DNA of 32,000 bases, from contig NZ_CP032551.1 in NCBI RefSeq assembly GCF_009734345.1, positions 600,001 to 632,000 of the forward strand. Reading direction: 5' to 3'. Below are positions 1 through 9,517 of the stretch, in pieces (positions within the stretch are counted from its first letter, which is position 1; the number at the start of each line of letters is the position of its first letter). Origin of the DNA: Pseudidiomarina andamanensis (GTDB lineage: Bacteria > Pseudomonadota > Gammaproteobacteria > Enterobacterales > Alteromonadaceae). Under the pieces are notes generated by a model. The model had not been told where the DNA came from. It worked only from the letters and a program-made list of their open reading frames with translations, and did not search any database. The position numbers and the translations under genes were made by a program.

Positions 1-1262
1 GTACCGTCAGTTGCGTTCACCGCACGCCACATCAGACCTTGCATAACACCAGAAATCCAGAGGGCGACGATATACAGCACCACACCAATGGTGTGTAGCC
101 AGAAGTGGATGTTGATCCAACGAACGTTGTGCATTTGCGTTTGGTTCCACAAACGTGGAATGAGGTAGTACAACGAGCCGATGGTGATCATTGCTACCCA
201 ACCTAGTGCACCTGAGTGTACGTGGCCAATGGTCCAGTCAGTGTAGTGAGACAGCGCATTCACCGATTTAATCGCCATCATTGGGCCTTCGAACGTTGAC
301 ATGCCGTAGAACGACAATGACACGATCAAGAAGCGCAAAATAGGGTCGGTTTTCAGTTTGTGCCACGCACCTGATAAAGTCATGATACCGTTAATCATAC
401 CGCCCCATGACGGAACGAATAGAATCACTGACATCACCATACCTAACGACTGTGTCCAGTCTGGTAGCGCGGTATAGTGCAAGTGGTGCGGACCGGCCCA
501 AATGTATAACGAGATAAGAGCCCAGAAGTGCACAACGGATAGGCGATAAGAGTAAACTGGGCGTTCAGCTTGTTTAGGAACAAAATAATACATCATGCCC
601 AAAAAGCCTGCGGTTAATAGGAAACCTACCGCATTATGCCCATACCACCATTGAACCATTGCATCAGTTGCACCCGCATAGAGGCTGTATGATTTTGTGA
701 ATGACACAGGAACAGCCATGCTGTTAACAATGTGCAACACGGCGATGGTCACAATAAAACCGCCATAGAACCAGTTGGCAACGTAAATGTGAGACGTTTT
801 GCGCTGCACCAACGTACCAAAGAAGACAATGATATAAGCCACCCAAACGAGGGCAATCAAAATATCAATTGGCCATTCAAGCTCGGCATATTCTTTCGAG
901 CTAGTTAAACCTAACGGCAAAGTAATAACTGCTAGGACAATAACCGCTTGCCAGCCCCAAAATACAAAGCTAGCTAACTTATCTGAGAATAACGCTGTTT
1001 TACATGTTTTCTGAACAATGTAGAACGATGTTCCCATCAAAGCAGACGTACCGAATGCGAAAATCACTGCATTGGTATGCAATGGACGTAACCGTGAATA
1101 GGTTAACCATGGCGTGTCAAAGTTTAATTCTGGCCAGATCAGCTGCGCAGCAATAAATACGCCGACTGTCATGCCAATGATTCCCCAAATTACGGTCATT
1201 ATGGCAAACTGCCGTACGACCTTTAGGTTGTATTCGATTTGTTGTGGATTCGTTTGGCTCAT
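1..1262 (-). CDS. ccoN: cbb3-type cytochrome c oxidase subunit I (CcoN), C-terminal part cut by the window edge
   Basis: Absent from the ORF track because it runs off the window. Reverse-strand translation from the ATG at 1262-1260 reads [31 protein letters not shown]...[15 protein letters not shown]...[10 protein letters not shown]...[35 protein letters not shown]... It stays open to position 1. It is multi-TM with CcoN-type His motifs. Confidence 0.93.
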   Translation of the reverse strand, partial: MSQTNPQQIEYNLKVVRQFAIMTVIWGIIGMTVGVFIAAQLIWPELNFDTPWLTYSRLRPLHTNAVIFAFGTSALMGTSFYIVQKTCKTALFSDKLASFVFWGWQAVIVLAVITLPLGLTSSKEYAELEWPIDILIALVWVAYIIVFFGTLVQRKTSHIYVANWFYGGFIVTIAVLHIVNSMAVPVSFTKSYSLYAGATDAMVQWWYGHNAVGFLLTAGFLGMMYYFVPKQAERPVYSYRLSVVHFWALISLYIWAGPHHLHYTALPDWTQSLGMVMSVILFVPSWGGMINGIMTLSGAWHKLKTDPILRFLIVSLSFYGMSTFEGPMMAIKSVNALSHYTDWTIGHVHSGALGWVAMITIGSLYYLIPRLWNQTQMHNVRWINIHFWLHTIGVVLYIVALWISGVMQGLMWRAVNATDG

Positions 1263-1485
1263 TTTTGTTTTCCGCGTTGATGCTCTGAAAGATTAAGACA
1301 GAGTAACGTGACAAATAATAGGTTGCCTGTCCGTTCCCTTATCGGTAGTTTGACAAACGCAGTTATTTTACGAGTTTTGAACCAAGAAAAACAGGCTGAA
1401 AACAGGAAAAATAAGCGGTTTACAGGCGCTTGGCGAAATTTTATGCACTTCATCCAATTCCATTTTTTAGGTAAAAAATACCCTT

Positions 1486-1878
1486 ATGAAAGTTAAGGTC
1501 TTTATTTTCGCGCTTTTGAGCGTTTTCTTGTTAAGTAGTTGTGAACATCAACAACCACGACAACAGCATAGCTCAAAAGCAAAAATCTTCCATAAGATTG
1601 ATCCGGATCAACCTCTGGTGGAGGAGCCATTTGTGATTACTTTTACGACGCCAGCAGAAGTATTGCTGGAAAATGGCAAAATAGAAGGTATCTCTATGTA
1701 TATGGGAAGTATTCCGCTCATTCTCGAGCAAATTGCAGTTGGCAAATGGCAGGCGAAATTGTGGTTAGGCGCATGTAGCGATCCGCAAATGCAATGGCAG
1801 GGGACGGTGCCGTGGCGCCATCGCGAAAATTCAATACGCGGTGTTTACGTTTTTCAATTTAAGACAGAAACCAATTGA
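1486..1878 (+). CDS. small hypothetical lipoprotein (130 aa)
   Basis: The N-terminus MKVKVFIFALLSVFLLSSC has a lipobox (L-S-S-C). I recognise no family. It is divergent from ccoN and lies 73 nt upstream of the NfeD gene. Confidence 0.6.
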   Translation: MKVKVFIFALLSVFLLSSCEHQQPRQQHSSKAKIFHKIDPDQPLVEEPFVITFTTPAEVLLENGKIEGISMYMGSIPLILEQIAVGKWQAKLWLGACSDPQMQWQGTVPWRHRENSIRGVYVFQFKTETN

Positions 1879-1951
1879 AACAATTAATACAAGTGTCAAA
1901 CCCAACAGCGTGCTATAGTTTTTTCAGTAACAAATTTAACAAGGTGGCTAC

Positions 1952-2413
1952 ATGTCTATCGCATTAATATGGATTTTGGTTGGCGTTGCGCTCATTATCT
2001 CGGAGCTTTTACTGACCAGCGTTGTTGCTGTGTTTTTAGGCATTGGTGCAATCATAACAGGGCTGTTAATTCATTGGGGATTGATTGATGATTTGGCAAT
2101 TCAATTTGCGGTTTTCGGAATTGTGAGCTTGGTGAGCCTATTATTGGCCCGAGGTCGTATTAAGCGGTGGTTTACGGGCTACACGGCCGACGAAGATGAA
2201 ACAAAACCCAATTTTCAACGTGATATTGGAGCTCGAGTTACCGTAGTTAAAGCATTCAATCACGGCGCTGGTCGCGTGGTTTTGAACGGTGTTCAATGGG
2301 ATGCTTTTTCAGAAGATGACTTACAAGTGGGAGATACCGCTTGGGTCGTGGCAAACGAAGGAATTCAGCTTACGGTGCAAAAAGAACGGATTTATTCTAA
2401 AGGAGAAAAATAA
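1952..2413 (+). CDS. NfeD-family membrane protein (short YbbJ-like form)
   Basis: It has three N-terminal hydrophobic helices and a C-terminal OB-like soluble domain (GRVVLNGVQWDAFSEDDLQVGDTAWVVANEGIQLTV). The SD is AAGGTGG. It sits 3 nt upstream of an SPFH gene, which is the canonical NfeD-SPFH pairing. Confidence 0.85.
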   Translation: MSIALIWILVGVALIISELLLTSVVAVFLGIGAIITGLLIHWGLIDDLAIQFAVFGIVSLVSLLLARGRIKRWFTGYTADEDETKPNFQRDIGARVTVVKAFNHGAGRVVLNGVQWDAFSEDDLQVGDTAWVVANEGIQLTVQKERIYSKGEK

Positions 2414-2416
2414 ATA

Positions 2417-3343
2417 ATGAATGCCACGAATATTGAAACAATATTAGCGGTCGGCTTCGCATTAGCCGTCGTTATCATTATTTTAAAATCGGCGCGTATT
2501 GTTCCGCAACGCTCCAATTATGTGATTGAACGACTCGGTAAATATAGTCGCACGCTCGATTCGGGATTTCACATTCTCATTCCCTTTATCGACAAAGTAG
2601 CCTATCAGCACATCTTGAAAGAGGAAGTCATTGATGTTGAACGGCAAGCTTGTGTTACCCGCGATAATATTCAGGTAGGTATCAATGGCGTGCTATACAT
2701 TCAAGTTGTCGATGCTCATAAAGCTAGTTACGGCATCAATGACTATCGTTATGCAGCATCACAGCTCGCACAAACAACGATGCGTTCGGTGATTGGTCAA
2801 ACTGATCTCGATAAAACCTTTGAAGAACGCGCCCGGATTAATGAAATTGTCGTTCAAGCACTTGATGAAGCAGCAGCGCCATGGGGTATCAAAGTACTCC
2901 GCTACGAAATTTCGGATATCGAATTGCCGATGAGTATTAAGGATGCACTTGAACAGCAAATGCGCGCTGAGCGGGAACGACGTGCAGCCATTGCCAAATC
3001 TGAAGGCGAGCGGCAAGCGATGATCAACGTGTCTGAGGGGCATAAGCAAGAAGTCATCAACTTGTCAGAAGCAGAAAAGCAAAAGCAGATTAATGAAGCT
3101 GAAGGTCGTGCACGCGAAATTGAATTAATTGCTGAAGCTACCGCTGAAGGACTAGGCAAAATAGCACAAGCGATTCAACAACCAGGCGGACAAGATGCCG
3201 TTAGCCTGAGGGTTGCCGAACAATATGTGAAAGAATTCGGAAACTTAGCAAAAGAATCCAACACCCTCATTTTACCAGCTCAACTTGCGGATATTGGTAG
3301 CGCTGTTGCAGGCTTGACCGAAATCATCAAGAAGAAAAGCTGA
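2417..3343 (+). CDS. SPFH/band-7 stomatin-like protein (QmcA/YbbK-like)
   Basis: It has an N-terminal TM helix and an SPFH core (ARIVPQRSNYVIERLGKYSRTLDSGFHILIPFIDKV...PWGIKVLRYEISDIELP). This is followed by a charged coiled-coil (RAERERRAAIAKSEGERQAMI...). The SD AAGGAG lies inside the end of the NfeD gene. Confidence 0.93.
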   Translation: MNATNIETILAVGFALAVVIIILKSARIVPQRSNYVIERLGKYSRTLDSGFHILIPFIDKVAYQHILKEEVIDVERQACVTRDNIQVGINGVLYIQVVDAHKASYGINDYRYAASQLAQTTMRSVIGQTDLDKTFEERARINEIVVQALDEAAAPWGIKVLRYEISDIELPMSIKDALEQQMRAERERRAAIAKSEGERQAMINVSEGHKQEVINLSEAEKQKQINEAEGRAREIELIAEATAEGLGKIAQAIQQPGGQDAVSLRVAEQYVKEFGNLAKESNTLILPAQLADIGSAVAGLTEIIKKKS

Positions 3344-3370
3344 CCCGCTATACTCTAACTGGCGTAATTA

Positions 3371-3404
3371 AAAGGTCGTTCATCGAAGATGGACGACCTT
3401 TTGT
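3371..3404 (+). terminator. rho-independent terminator after the NfeD-SPFH pair
   Basis: AAAGGTCGTTCATC-GAA-GATGGACGACCTTT forms a 14-bp stem (one G.U pair) with a 3-nt loop and runs into a T tract. Confidence 0.7.
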
Positions 3405-3467
3405 GATCAAATTTGCGAAAATTTATCTACTTACAACACAGTGACTTTTTGAAACAGGATTCTATTC

Positions 3468-4514
3468 ATGCAGTGGTTAAATCGGTTGGTTATCATCGGA
3501 ACGCTTGTTACGTGTGCAGGGGGAACTTCGGTCGTTCACGCGCAGCAGTGGGGTGGTGGTGATCGTGCAGCATTAGTTGTGATGCAGCCGGTTGGCTTCG
3601 AACGCGTTCAGCGCTACGTTGAGTCGGTTGGCTATGCCGAAGCTAAGAGATCGGTTGAATTATATCCTGCCGTCAGTGATCTGGTTTTAGAAGTAAACTT
3701 TCAACCCGGACAACAAGTTGAGAAAGGCGATGTTTTAGTTCGCTTAGACGATCGTCAGCAACAAGTGGATTTACAACGAGCTCGAATTCAACTCGAGGAT
3801 GCAGAACGTACATTAAAGCGCCTAACCACGAGTCGACAGCAGGGTGCAATTGCGCAAAGTGAGCTCGATGTCGCAATGACAGCGCGAGATTTATTGAAAG
3901 TTGCAGTCCGTGAAGCTGAAGTCGCCTACGAGGACCGCCAAGTTCGAGCCCCTTTTGACGGAATCGTTGGTATTACCGACGTCGAGGCGGGCGATAGAAT
4001 TACCACTCAAACCCTGATTACGACAATCGATCAACGTCAACAATTGTATATTGACTTTAACGCGCCAGAAGCAGCTATTGAATTATTGCAAGATGGCGCC
4101 GAATTGGTTGTCCGACCCTGGACTAGCCGCGATACCAAAATCGCTGCTGAAATAGTCGAGATCGATTCGCGTGTTGATATCACCAATCGCACGATTCGCG
4201 TTCGCGCCGCCATTGATAACAGCAATGATTTATACCGTCCAGGCATGAGCTTTCGTGTCGCACTTGCATATCAAGGTGATAGTTACGCGGTTGTCCCGGA
4301 GGCGGCATTAATGTGGAGTGCTGATGGTGCCTATGTTTGGGTGGCCAAAGACGGCAAAGCTCAGCGTGTAAATGTCAATATCCAACAACGTCTTGAAGGT
4401 CGTATTTTAGTGTCAGGTGAATTGCAACTCGGTGATAATTTAATTGTTGAAGGTGTTCAAACCATACGCAATGGGCAGTCAGTTCGAGAGGCAACAGCGG
4501 AGGCACAGTTATGA
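3468..4514 (+). CDS. RND efflux periplasmic adaptor (membrane fusion protein, HlyD/AcrA family)
   Basis: It has a signal peptide (MQWLNRLVIIGTLVTCAGGTSVVHA|QQ), a lipoyl-like motif (GQQVEKGDVLVRLDD), a coiled-coil hairpin and a beta-barrel segment (VRAPFDGIVG). The stop overlaps the RND start (ATGA). Confidence 0.9.
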   Translation: MQWLNRLVIIGTLVTCAGGTSVVHAQQWGGGDRAALVVMQPVGFERVQRYVESVGYAEAKRSVELYPAVSDLVLEVNFQPGQQVEKGDVLVRLDDRQQQVDLQRARIQLEDAERTLKRLTTSRQQGAIAQSELDVAMTARDLLKVAVREAEVAYEDRQVRAPFDGIVGITDVEAGDRITTQTLITTIDQRQQLYIDFNAPEAAIELLQDGAELVVRPWTSRDTKIAAEIVEIDSRVDITNRTIRVRAAIDNSNDLYRPGMSFRVALAYQGDSYAVVPEAALMWSADGAYVWVAKDGKAQRVNVNIQQRLEGRILVSGELQLGDNLIVEGVQTIRNGQSVREATAEAQL

Positions 4515-7500
4515 AGTTTTCGCCGCAGTTGAATGACTTGCCGTCACTGGCCATTCGTCGACCTATTCTAATCGTTGTTCTTAATCTGCTAATCATTATT
4601 GCTGGCTATGCCGCAATTAATGGTGTTGAGGTTCGTGAACTACCGGATGTGGACCGGCCAATTGTCACTGTTTCGGCGAGTTTTCCTGGTGCAGCACCGG
4701 AAACGGTGGACACGGAAGTAACGAGTATTCTCGAAGGTGCCGCCGCACGAGTAAGTGGTGTCAAGCAAATCCGAGCCTCAAGCGAAGAGGGTAGCTCTCG
4801 AATTGTTGTGGAGTTTCGTCCAGGAATTGACTTGGACAGTGCCGCCAATGAGATGCGCGAAACCGTGAGCCAAGTGCAACGTCGTCTTCCTGAAGAGGTT
4901 GAAAATGTTGCGATCATCAAAGCCGATAATGATGCACAAGCGGTTGTGTCACTGGCTGTATCGAGCACGACGCTTGACCTTGAATCGTTAACCGAACGCG
5001 TTGAAACCGATTTGGCACCCAACTTTTTAAGTGTTCCGGGTGTAGCTGATGTTCGTCTAAATGGCGATCGTGAACGTGTCCTGCGTGTGATCCTTGATCC
5101 GCTTCGTTTGGCTAGTTTCCAATTGACGGTCACGGATGTCGCAAACGTGCTTCGGCAAGCGCCGTTTGATGTTCCCGCTGGGAGTTTAAAATCAACGGAT
5201 CAACAACTCATTGTGCGCGCGGACGCGAGTTCGGTGACAGTTGATGACGTTGAAAATATTGTGATTCGAGACACCACACGAGTCGGTGACGTTGCAACGG
5301 TATACTTCGGACCTGCTGATGCGAACAGTATGGTGCGCCTCGACGGCAAACCGGTCATTGGTCTTGGCATTATTCGTCAGGCCCGCTCAAACACGATCGA
5401 AATCTCTGATGAGGTATTAGCGCTAGTTGACCGTCTGAAGCTGCAATACCCAGAGCTTGATATTCAAGTCACCTCAGATGATGCTAAGTTTATCCGTAGT
5501 TCCGTCGAAGAGGTTTTTATATCACTTGCGTTAACGATTGCGTTGGTGATCGTCACGTTGTGGGTATTTATCGGATCTGGTCGTGCGACGATCATTCCAG
5601 CACTGGCCATTCCAGTTGCTCTGATTGGCTCGATTGCTGTGATTTGGGTGCTCGGCTTCTCAGTAAATATTCTGACGTTGTTGGCATTAGTCCTCGCAAC
5701 GGGTTTGATTGTTGATGACGCAATCGTCGTCTCAGAAAATATTCAACGTCGGCGTTCACTTGGGCTTGGAGCGAGGGCGTCTGCTGTTGTCGGAACTCGT
5801 GAAGTTTTCTTTGCGGTCGTGGCAACGACCGCTGTTCTAGTGGCAGTGTTTGTTCCAATCGCTTTCTTGCCTTCAACAGCGGGGCGTTTATTTAGAGAAT
5901 TTGGTGGTGTCTTAGCCGCCGCTGTTATTATCTCGTCGTTCGTCGCACTGTCGCTCGTACCTGCATTAACTGCTCGATTACCGCTCAAAGAGTATTCGAA
6001 AGAAACAGTGTTGCAGCGTTTCGGCGGCCGTCTTCGTGCAATTTATCGAAAAACTCTGCATTTTGCGCTTGATAAAGCCCTGTGGGTTTTTGTTGGGAGT
6101 AGCATCATTGCTGGCATTGCAGGCTATTTATATTTTCAGGTCGATAACGAATTAATGCCGACTGAAGATCGCGGAACCATCCGTATTTTTGCTCGTGGTC
6201 CAGACGGTGTAGGTATTGATTTCATGGATCGTCAAGCTCAGAAAATGGAAGAAATACTTCTACCATATGTGAATGGCGGGGCTGTCGATAGTATCAATAC
6301 CGTGGTCGGACAGTGGGATCCAAATTTAGTTTTTATTACGGTACGGTTGACTGATTGGGAAGAACGCGAGCAAAGCCAACAAGACATTATTAATGAAATC
6401 AGTGGCCCATTGGGTGAAATTCCAGGAGCGCCGGCTCGTGCATTTGGTTCGAATAGTCTTAATCTACGGGGCCAAGGCGGCGGATTAGAGTTTGCGTTAA
6501 CTGGCGAAGAATATGCAGACATCTTCCATGCCGCACAAAAATTCACCGCTCGTTTACAGCAAGAATTGCCAGAAGTCGGGTATCCGCGTATCGGTTATCA
6601 ACCAACACAGCCGCAACTTCGCGTCAATATTGATCGTAAGCGAGCTGAAGAGTTGGGCGTGCCGTTAAATGATATCTCTACGACGTTGCGAGCAGCAATT
6701 AACGGACTTGACGTGACTGATTTAAATATTGGTGACCAGGCCGTTCCGATTATGTTACAAGCGCAACGTGATTTGATTCGCGATCCAACTGACATTATGA
6801 ATCTTTATGTTGGTTCGCAAGCTACCGGGCTTGTTCCGTTATCGAGTTTAACCACACTCACAGAAGAAGGTGTTCCAGCTGAATTAGAACGCCGCTCACA
6901 ACGCCGTGCAATTCAGGTTGATATGCAATTACCAACGTCCATTCCATTAGAAGAAGTTGTTGAACGTTTGCGTGAGCTTGCCGCTGAAGAACTCCCAAAT
7001 GGTGTTGGTCTGGTGCTACTTGGTGAAGCTGAAGCCTATGAAGAAACTTCGCGAGAAGTCGCGTTAACCTACATTTTGGCTTTTTTGATTGTGTTTCTAG
7101 TCTTGGCTGCTCAGTTTGAAAGTGTGAACTCAGCGATTGTGGTGATGGCAACGGTACCGTTTGGTATCGCGGCTGCGTTTTTTGCACTGTACATCACTGG
7201 CACCTCGATCAATATCTTCTCGCAAATTGGATTGGTGATGCTGATTGGCTTGATCGCGAAAAACTCAATTCTATTAGTTGAATTTGCCGATCAGCTTCGT
7301 GATCAAGGTGAATCAGTCCGTGAAGCGATTGAAAATGCAGCCGAAATTCGATTACGCCCAATTATGATGACGCTCGTTTCAACGCTACTAGGTGCACTGC
7401 CTTTGATTTTATCAATGGGCGCAGGTGCTGAGTCGCGTAACGCCATTGGTTGGGTCGTCTTCGGTGGCTTAGCTTTTGCAGTTTTATTTACCCTTTATCT

Positions 7501-7600
7501 AACACCGGTTCTATACTTAGCGATTGCACGTTTTACAAAACCACGTGCTGATGAAACGAATCGCCTTGAGAACGAGATGAAGCGAGCAGGGGAGTTATAA
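4511..7600 (+). CDS. RND efflux permease (AcrB/AcrD/AcrF family, 1029 aa)
   Basis: It has the 12-TM, two-large-loop architecture. The TM4 pair is present in ATGLIVDDAIVVSENI and the TM10 Lys in LIGLIAKNSILLVEFA. Confidence 0.95.
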   Translation: MKFSPQLNDLPSLAIRRPILIVVLNLLIIIAGYAAINGVEVRELPDVDRPIVTVSASFPGAAPETVDTEVTSILEGAAARVSGVKQIRASSEEGSSRIVVEFRPGIDLDSAANEMRETVSQVQRRLPEEVENVAIIKADNDAQAVVSLAVSSTTLDLESLTERVETDLAPNFLSVPGVADVRLNGDRERVLRVILDPLRLASFQLTVTDVANVLRQAPFDVPAGSLKSTDQQLIVRADASSVTVDDVENIVIRDTTRVGDVATVYFGPADANSMVRLDGKPVIGLGIIRQARSNTIEISDEVLALVDRLKLQYPELDIQVTSDDAKFIRSSVEEVFISLALTIALVIVTLWVFIGSGRATIIPALAIPVALIGSIAVIWVLGFSVNILTLLALVLATGLIVDDAIVVSENIQRRRSLGLGARASAVVGTREVFFAVVATTAVLVAVFVPIAFLPSTAGRLFREFGGVLAAAVIISSFVALSLVPALTARLPLKEYSKETVLQRFGGRLRAIYRKTLHFALDKALWVFVGSSIIAGIAGYLYFQVDNELMPTEDRGTIRIFARGPDGVGIDFMDRQAQKMEEILLPYVNGGAVDSINTVVGQWDPNLVFITVRLTDWEEREQSQQDIINEISGPLGEIPGAPARAFGSNSLNLRGQGGGLEFALTGEEYADIFHAAQKFTARLQQELPEVGYPRIGYQPTQPQLRVNIDRKRAEELGVPLNDISTTLRAAINGLDVTDLNIGDQAVPIMLQAQRDLIRDPTDIMNLYVGSQATGLVPLSSLTTLTEEGVPAELERRSQRRAIQVDMQLPTSIPLEEVVERLRELAAEELPNGVGLVLLGEAEAYEETSREVALTYILAFLIVFLVLAAQFESVNSAIVVMATVPFGIAAAFFALYITGTSINIFSQIGLVMLIGLIAKNSILLVEFADQLRDQGESVREAIENAAEIRLRPIMMTLVSTLLGALPLILSMGAGAESRNAIGWVVFGGLAFAVLFTLYLTPVLYLAIARFTKPRADETNRLENEMKRAGEL

Positions 7601-8154
7601 TGGGTCAACTGGCTAGAGCGTTGCTTTATGGAACATTGGCAATCACAGGTGTTAGCTTCGGACCAAGCGCAGTTGCCGACGTTATGGATAGCTCAAAGGA
7701 GGGCTTCACCATTGAATTCAAGCAGACCATCAATGCTTCCGTTGTCGACGTATATAGTGGCTTGACTGATAATGTCGGACAATGGTGGCTCGATGATCAT
7801 ACTTGGTTTGGTAATGGTCAGAGCATGCAACTCGATGCACGAGCCGGCGGTTGTTTTTGTGAGATTTTTGGCGATTCACAAGCGCAGCATTTACAAGTAG
7901 CGATGATAATTCCGAATAAGCTCGTGCGTTTACTCGGTGGTTTAGGGCCATTACAAGGTGAGGGCGTCAGCGGTGTGATGGAATGGAGGCTCAATAATCT
8001 TGAAGAAACGTCGACGGAGCTCACGGTGTTTTATCGTGTCGGCGGTTATACACCAAATGATTTAAGTCAATGGGCACCCGCAGTCGAGAACGTTTTGCAA
8101 CAGCAAATGACAGCCATGAAAACTTTTGTTGAAAATGAATTGGGAGCTCGCTAA
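7600..8154 (+). CDS. exported SRPBCC / AHSA1-like (START/Bet v1 fold) protein, 184 aa
   Basis: The start shares one base with the RND stop (TAATG). It has a plausible Sec signal (MGQLARALLYGTLAITGVSFGPSAVA|DV). The mature part resembles AHSA1/SRPBCC domains (FTIEFKQTINASVVDVYSGLTDNVGQWW...GGCFCEIF...ELTVFYRVGGY). The family call is by eye only. Confidence 0.6.
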   Translation: MGQLARALLYGTLAITGVSFGPSAVADVMDSSKEGFTIEFKQTINASVVDVYSGLTDNVGQWWLDDHTWFGNGQSMQLDARAGGCFCEIFGDSQAQHLQVAMIIPNKLVRLLGGLGPLQGEGVSGVMEWRLNNLEETSTELTVFYRVGGYTPNDLSQWAPAVENVLQQQMTAMKTFVENELGAR

Positions 8155-8159
8155 CTTCG

Positions 8160-8189
8160 CCAAATATGCTTGATTATTTGGTATTTTTT
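8160..8189 (+). terminator. weak AT-rich hairpin plus T-run after the efflux operon
   Basis: CCAAATA-N8-TATTTGG is followed by TATTTTTT. The stem is only 7 bp and AT-rich. Confidence 0.35.
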
Positions 8190-8236
8190 CAAATATTGCG
8201 TAAGGTTATTGATAAGTTCCTTAGCTGAGTGCAATT

Positions 8237-9259
8237 ATGTTTTTACACAAACTTCCCAGACTAACAGCCGCTCTCGCTTTGTGCGGTGTAGGTGTCGTTC
8301 ACGCGCAATCAGCCGACGACAGCAAAACACTCCCAATCTGTACAGCAGACGCTACCTTATTGCCGTTCTCCTTAAATTCAACGCTTTTTGAAGATGATAT
8401 TGGGCGTGTCTATCTTTCTATTGATGGTCAGCGTGCGTTATCTCAAGACATCAAGATCCTGACTTCAGATGACCAAAACATGGCTTTTATTGAGAAGTTT
8501 GCGAAACAATCATCTTTTCACTTTCAAATGTATATTGGTGATAATGAACAGGGCGAGCGAACTTATCGATTTGAGTCCGCTTATTTTTTATTGCCGAGTT
8601 ACTCAAATACAAACGCAGCGGGTGAAAAATTTCAGAGGTTTGCGAAGATAAATCAAATTGCGGTTGGCGAGAAGCAGTATGTTTATCAAGTCGAACCCAA
8701 ACTGCCGTACAATAATTTTTATGAATATCCAATGACAGCTGCATTCGCTCACGCATCTTCGATGGCTTGGCTTGAGGGCGACCAGACTAGCATTTCGCTG
8801 CAATTAACTGACGAATCCTATGTTACCGAAATAATCATGCTGCCATCAAGCTGGGCGAAGTTTGGAGAAGTCATGGAGCGCGATGCATTATCATTATTTG
8901 ATAAATATAACTCCGGGCAGTGCCAAGCTGATTATGCCTGCTTTTTTACCACAGCCGCCGTACAAACGATTGGTTTAGCCGATGACTGCTGGGAACTAAC
9001 GCAATTACGAGCGTTTCGTGATGACGTGATGAAGCGAACTATTCTCGGTAGAGAACTCATTGAGCAGTATTATGCTGAAGCACCAAATATCGTGCGGCGT
9101 ATTAATCAATTGAGCATCGCGAAACGGGTTTGGCTTAAAACTTATTGGTTCGATATTTTGCCCAATGCGCTACTGGCAAAGGTGGGATTAAATACACTTG
9201 CACAGAAACGATATATTAAATTGTTTAATCGATTACAAAAGCTTTCCTTAAGCGCTTAA
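8237..9259 (+). CDS. hypothetical secreted protein (340 aa) with a Cys-containing C-terminal module
   Basis: It has a signal peptide (MFLHKLPRLTAALALCGVGVVHA|QS). The C-terminal part reads QCQADYACFFTTAAVQTIGLADDCWELTQLRAFRDDVM...YYAEAPNIV. I cannot name a family. Confidence 0.75.
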   Translation: MFLHKLPRLTAALALCGVGVVHAQSADDSKTLPICTADATLLPFSLNSTLFEDDIGRVYLSIDGQRALSQDIKILTSDDQNMAFIEKFAKQSSFHFQMYIGDNEQGERTYRFESAYFLLPSYSNTNAAGEKFQRFAKINQIAVGEKQYVYQVEPKLPYNNFYEYPMTAAFAHASSMAWLEGDQTSISLQLTDESYVTEIIMLPSSWAKFGEVMERDALSLFDKYNSGQCQADYACFFTTAAVQTIGLADDCWELTQLRAFRDDVMKRTILGRELIEQYYAEAPNIVRRINQLSIAKRVWLKTYWFDILPNALLAKVGLNTLAQKRYIKLFNRLQKLSLSA

Positions 9260-9517
9260 CTTAATCCATTTATACAATCGTTCGCTACGTGAAATCTATC
9301 AGAGTTTACGTAGCTGAACTGCCGATTTTCAAAATAACGCACGATTTATCAATTTAAATGTAAGTCATCACATTTAATTTATAACCTAATTAATCTCGTA
9401 TTTAACATAATATACATTATACGAAATTAATAATATCTAGATTAAGGCTTGGTTCCGTATTCGAAATCTGAACCCTTTTCGTTATAGTCAGTAGCTAAAA
9501 TTTAAGCTGGAGCACAT

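Noticed and set aside
1263-1485. FNR/Anr box (TTGAT-N4-ATCAA) expected upstream of ccoN. The best candidate is TTGATGCTCTGAAA at 1277-1290. There is also a 62-aa GTG-start ORF at 1308-1496.
   Set aside because: Only one half-site matches, and it lies too close to the ccoN start codon. The 62-aa ORF is basic and low-complexity, lacks an SD and overlaps the lipoprotein start.
4606-5133. 175-aa ORF antisense to the RND permease. Similar antisense or off-frame ORFs lie at 5592-5988, 6238-6546 and 6858-7187.
   Set aside because: They lie wholly inside a strongly supported 1029-aa gene. Their Ser/Arg/Thr-rich low-complexity translations are typical of antisense frames, and they have no SD or family features.
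8170-8391. 73-aa ORF overlapping the start of the 340-aa secreted protein gene in another frame.
   Set aside because: It starts within the putative terminator T-run and gives an Arg/Ser-rich translation. The overlapping frame has a clean signal peptide and continues for 340 aa.
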